Source of the DNA: Rickettsiales bacterium
GTDB lineage: Bacteria; Pseudomonadota; Alphaproteobacteria; Rickettsiales; UBA998
Length of the DNA stretch: 64,000 nt
Assembly: GCA_046348685.1 (NCBI GenBank)
Contig: JAXMDT010000004.1
Span: 128,473-192,472, forward strand
Reading direction: 5' to 3'
A program made the position numbers and the translations under genes. The notes under the pieces are model-generated. The model made no database searches. It worked only from the letters and a program-made list of their open reading frames with translations, and was not told the origin of the DNA. Position 1 is the stretch's first letter; each line of letters begins with the position of its first letter. Of this stretch, positions 61,301 through 64,000 are shown piece after piece.

Positions 61301-64000
61301 CGTGTCCTTAACGGCAGCCGTCAGTTTATATGTGCCTGCCGCCTTCGCGCTGAAGGTGCAGGTTGCACGCCCGCAGAAGAGGTACCAGTGCATTCACCGA
61401 TTTTTCCGCCAGTATTGTAGTTGGTGATGTAGGCATTACCGGCGCCCAGCGACTCTCGAGCGGCGGTGTGACTTCACTGCTCAATATTGATGGTGACCGC
61501 CTGTAGCACCGCTGGCGACGCTAACGCTGGCATCGTGGCGATATACTGGATGTTAGCCGGTTTGCCTGCCTGATAAATCCATTCGGTGCTACATAGCCCG
61601 ACCAAAGCGATCAACGCCGACATAATCCATCCATTGATCCGAAGCGATAATATTTCCCCCGGTCATCCCTGCGGCGCTTTCACCGTCAGCGTGCCGTAAA
61701 CAATATTGGGCGTGCCGGTGCTGAAAGTAGTGTTGAGCTCGCCTTTATCGTTAAGCGGCGTGATCGCCTGGAAAAGCTGCTGGCTTTTCGTTTCATCGGC
61801 ATAACTATCGAAAGAGAATGCCTGTGCCAGAGGGTGCTTTGAATAAAAGGGCTGGCTGTCGAGAATAGCGGTGATTCGGGCTGAAGCGTCTGTGTAAGCG
61901 CCGCCGGAATGCAGTACCGCAGCGGTCGCTACAGCAACATTCTGCTCCGGGCCGAATAAATCGCCATTAAGGTCGGTGGTAACTTTAAAAGCGGAAGGAG
62001 TGAAGTCGCTGACTAACACGCGCATCGGCGTCCAGGTACGTGCAGTGTCGCTATCATCCTTGGGGGACAAGTCTGTATAAGCAGGTTTCAAAACAAAATT
62101 ATACCAGCCGACAGCTCCATGCTCTGGTATCTTATACTCACCACTATAACCGCCGAATGCATCGAGTTTTACAGTACTCAATGTTTCAACAGCTTTTCCG
62201 GTCGGATCCGTAATGGTTAAGGTATAGCCTTCCTTCGGCGCCGGAATGAGTGTACGATCATCCTGGTTGCGTACATAGAATTTATATTGAATCGTATCAC
62301 CGGCACGGTAGATACCCTGCGCAGTAGTTCCCCACGTGCGCAAATGACCATATTTCAACTCAACATTGTCAAACATGGTTTCGTTTGAGGCACGCCAGGT
62401 ATCGATCGAGAAATCATTGTTCAGCGGAATGATGGCGATGTCCTTGCCTTTGTCGACGCGCACGAAGAGTTTCGGCTCATCATCCTTCCAGCTACGCGAG
62501 AGCACCAGATCGGGATCAAGCACGTTAGTGCCGGGCAGACTGGCAAGACCTTCCGTATCTGTTACGGATGAGGCGAGTACGGGCTTTGGCAGACCCATCG
62601 TCGTCAATGTATCCTGGTAAACAGACAGTTTTGCATCGGCAACGGGTTGGCCCGTTGCAAAATCTGTAACCCAAACCAATGTACTGAAGTGCCCGAGTTT
62701 TACATGCACCTGATATGGCGTGACTTCGGCGAAAAGCCGGCGTTCATAATCTTCCTTGCCGATAATATCCGGCTCGGTATCAAGATAACCAAACAATGCG
62801 CCGGAAGCACCTCCAAGCGCCTTGCGGACGCCAAACGGAATTGCAAATTGAAGGTCGCGCACTTTGGCGGGCGTGACCGTGTGCGATTGATTTTCTTTCA
62901 AGCCATCGGCGGTGATACTGCGAAAATCTAGCGTGGCGGTGTTCAGATTGGTAACATAGAGAGGAAGTTCGCTATCGATTTCTTTTTCTAAAATTGCTTC
63001 ATGATGAAGTATTTCAAAATTCGGTTTACGGTGATCAGTGGCAAACTGGATGGCTGGGGGCAAAGAAAGCACACGGCCAAACTCATCTTTCAAAACGCTA
63101 AGTTTAGGTTTTTCTTCTGAGCTGAAAAACGCGACGATCTTATCCCACAAGCGGGCAAAAAACCCTTTTTCCTCCTCTTTCAATGAGACAGTGTAAGCAG
63201 CATCCGCTTTAAAAACGGAAGGGAGGTAAATATCGTAGGTATTATCTTTGCGGTAGGCTTGACCAAGGCTGGAATAATCAGTGACCTCGCCCCAGGGATC
63301 ATAGTCTTTCCTGCCACCGGACAAATCCGGCTTGAATAAAACCGCTTCTTTCGCCTCCGAACGCATCACCGGCGAGCTGAAAGCGAGCGATATATACCCT
63401 AAGGGGTTGCATTTTTCAGTATCACTCTGCGTTTGTCCGGGTGCAATAATAACAGGCTTATCCCTATTGGTAACGCATTTGACGCCAATAAATTTAAACT
63501 CGGGGAATGTGAAAAACTGTACTGTTTCACGTTCGCCGACTCCCATTTCCAAACCTGAGGCTGATACAAGTCCCGGCTCAATACGCATGCTGATCGCGCT
63601 ATCAAGCGGCAACTCGTTTGCCGGAGATACCAACCAGACACGCCGTGTCTCGATGCCATTTTTACTGCCGACTTGATCGTCACTCTTGCGCGGCTTGGCA
63701 TCTGTATTAATCATCGCCATTTTTTCGCCTGGCAGCGGAAGGTAAACAGGCGGTTCTTCGTCATCAGGATCAGGCGTTGCTACAAGAGAAAAACGCTGAT
63801 CGGTCTTTTCGCTCCGTGTCAGGTAAAGATGCTGGTCAACTGACTGTTTTGTTACCGGTTGATTGAAAACCACGCGAATCACAGGGGTGCCGGGCGATTT
63901 CCAGGTCTTGAACCAGGAATAACGCACATCGGGGCGTTCCGTTATGAAAGAATGATGCTGCGCTTCGGCTAAAGTGACTCCGTCTTCGGCACGAATGCCG
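58367..64000 (-). pseudogene. bacterial alpha-2-macroglobulin (YfhM/ECAM-type, thioester-containing), interrupted; N-terminus outside window
   Basis: Two long ORFs, 61663-64000 (open to the window edge) and 58367-61393, lie in frames offset by 1 nt. MG-domain-like repeats are present. The thioester motif CWEQ (PYTCWEQKL) is at 59888-59899. pbpC is adjacent, as is known for this family. Confidence 0.85.

Noticed and set aside
61474-61665. Reading the two in-frame TGA codons of the A2M gene as Trp (UGA recoding)
   Set aside because: TGA is used as a genuine stop by well-delimited conserved genes in the same window, for example olsB at 11041-11043 and DUF2339/lplT at 40068-40070. A frameshift near 61390 would still be required.

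Overview
This is a densely coding 64-kb chromosomal segment that reads as an alphaproteobacterium. The markers are an Irr-type Fur protein, Ros/MucR, olsB-olsA, addA-trxA, sdhE between mfd and recG, and Caulobacter-style Cpa/Tad pilus genes. All homology calls are made by eye from motifs in the supplied translations and my own translations; no database search was run. I recognise about 55 protein-coding genes and no rRNA, tRNA, CRISPR array, IS element or integrase.

Core blocks:
- ispG, a rodZ-like gene, ptsP, an NMO/FabK-like gene and lysC (1-6.5 kb, minus strand)
- mucR / irr-olsBA
- addA-trxA, folC, pstS, parE
- mfd-sdhE / recG

Unusual or accessory blocks:
1. A solitary terminase-large-subunit-like gene, divergent from a low-GC multi-HTH ORF (6.6-9.1 kb).
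2. About 2.7 kb between trxA and folC, holding a minimal glutamine-synthetase-like gene plus four unrecognisable minus-strand ORFs.
3. A 9.6-kb co-directional envelope-lipid cluster: DUF2339 (disrupted)-lplT-aas-mlaE/F/D-lipoprotein. It faces a TetR gene across a perfect 13-bp inverted repeat.
4. A Tad/Cpa pilus locus in two convergent modules, with no pilin or prepilin peptidase in the window. An EAL gene and an alpha-2-macroglobulin/pbpC pair lie just upstream of the cpaB-tadC module on the same strand.

Three genes are interrupted: the vanX-like gene, DUF2339 and the alpha-2-macroglobulin gene. In the last two the lesions are clustered within 1 kb or less.

I do not see a self-contained, clearly novel system. 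The best follow-up candidates are the DUF2339-lplT-aas-MCE cluster with its TetR operator, the orphan terminase-like gene, and the trxA-folC insert.
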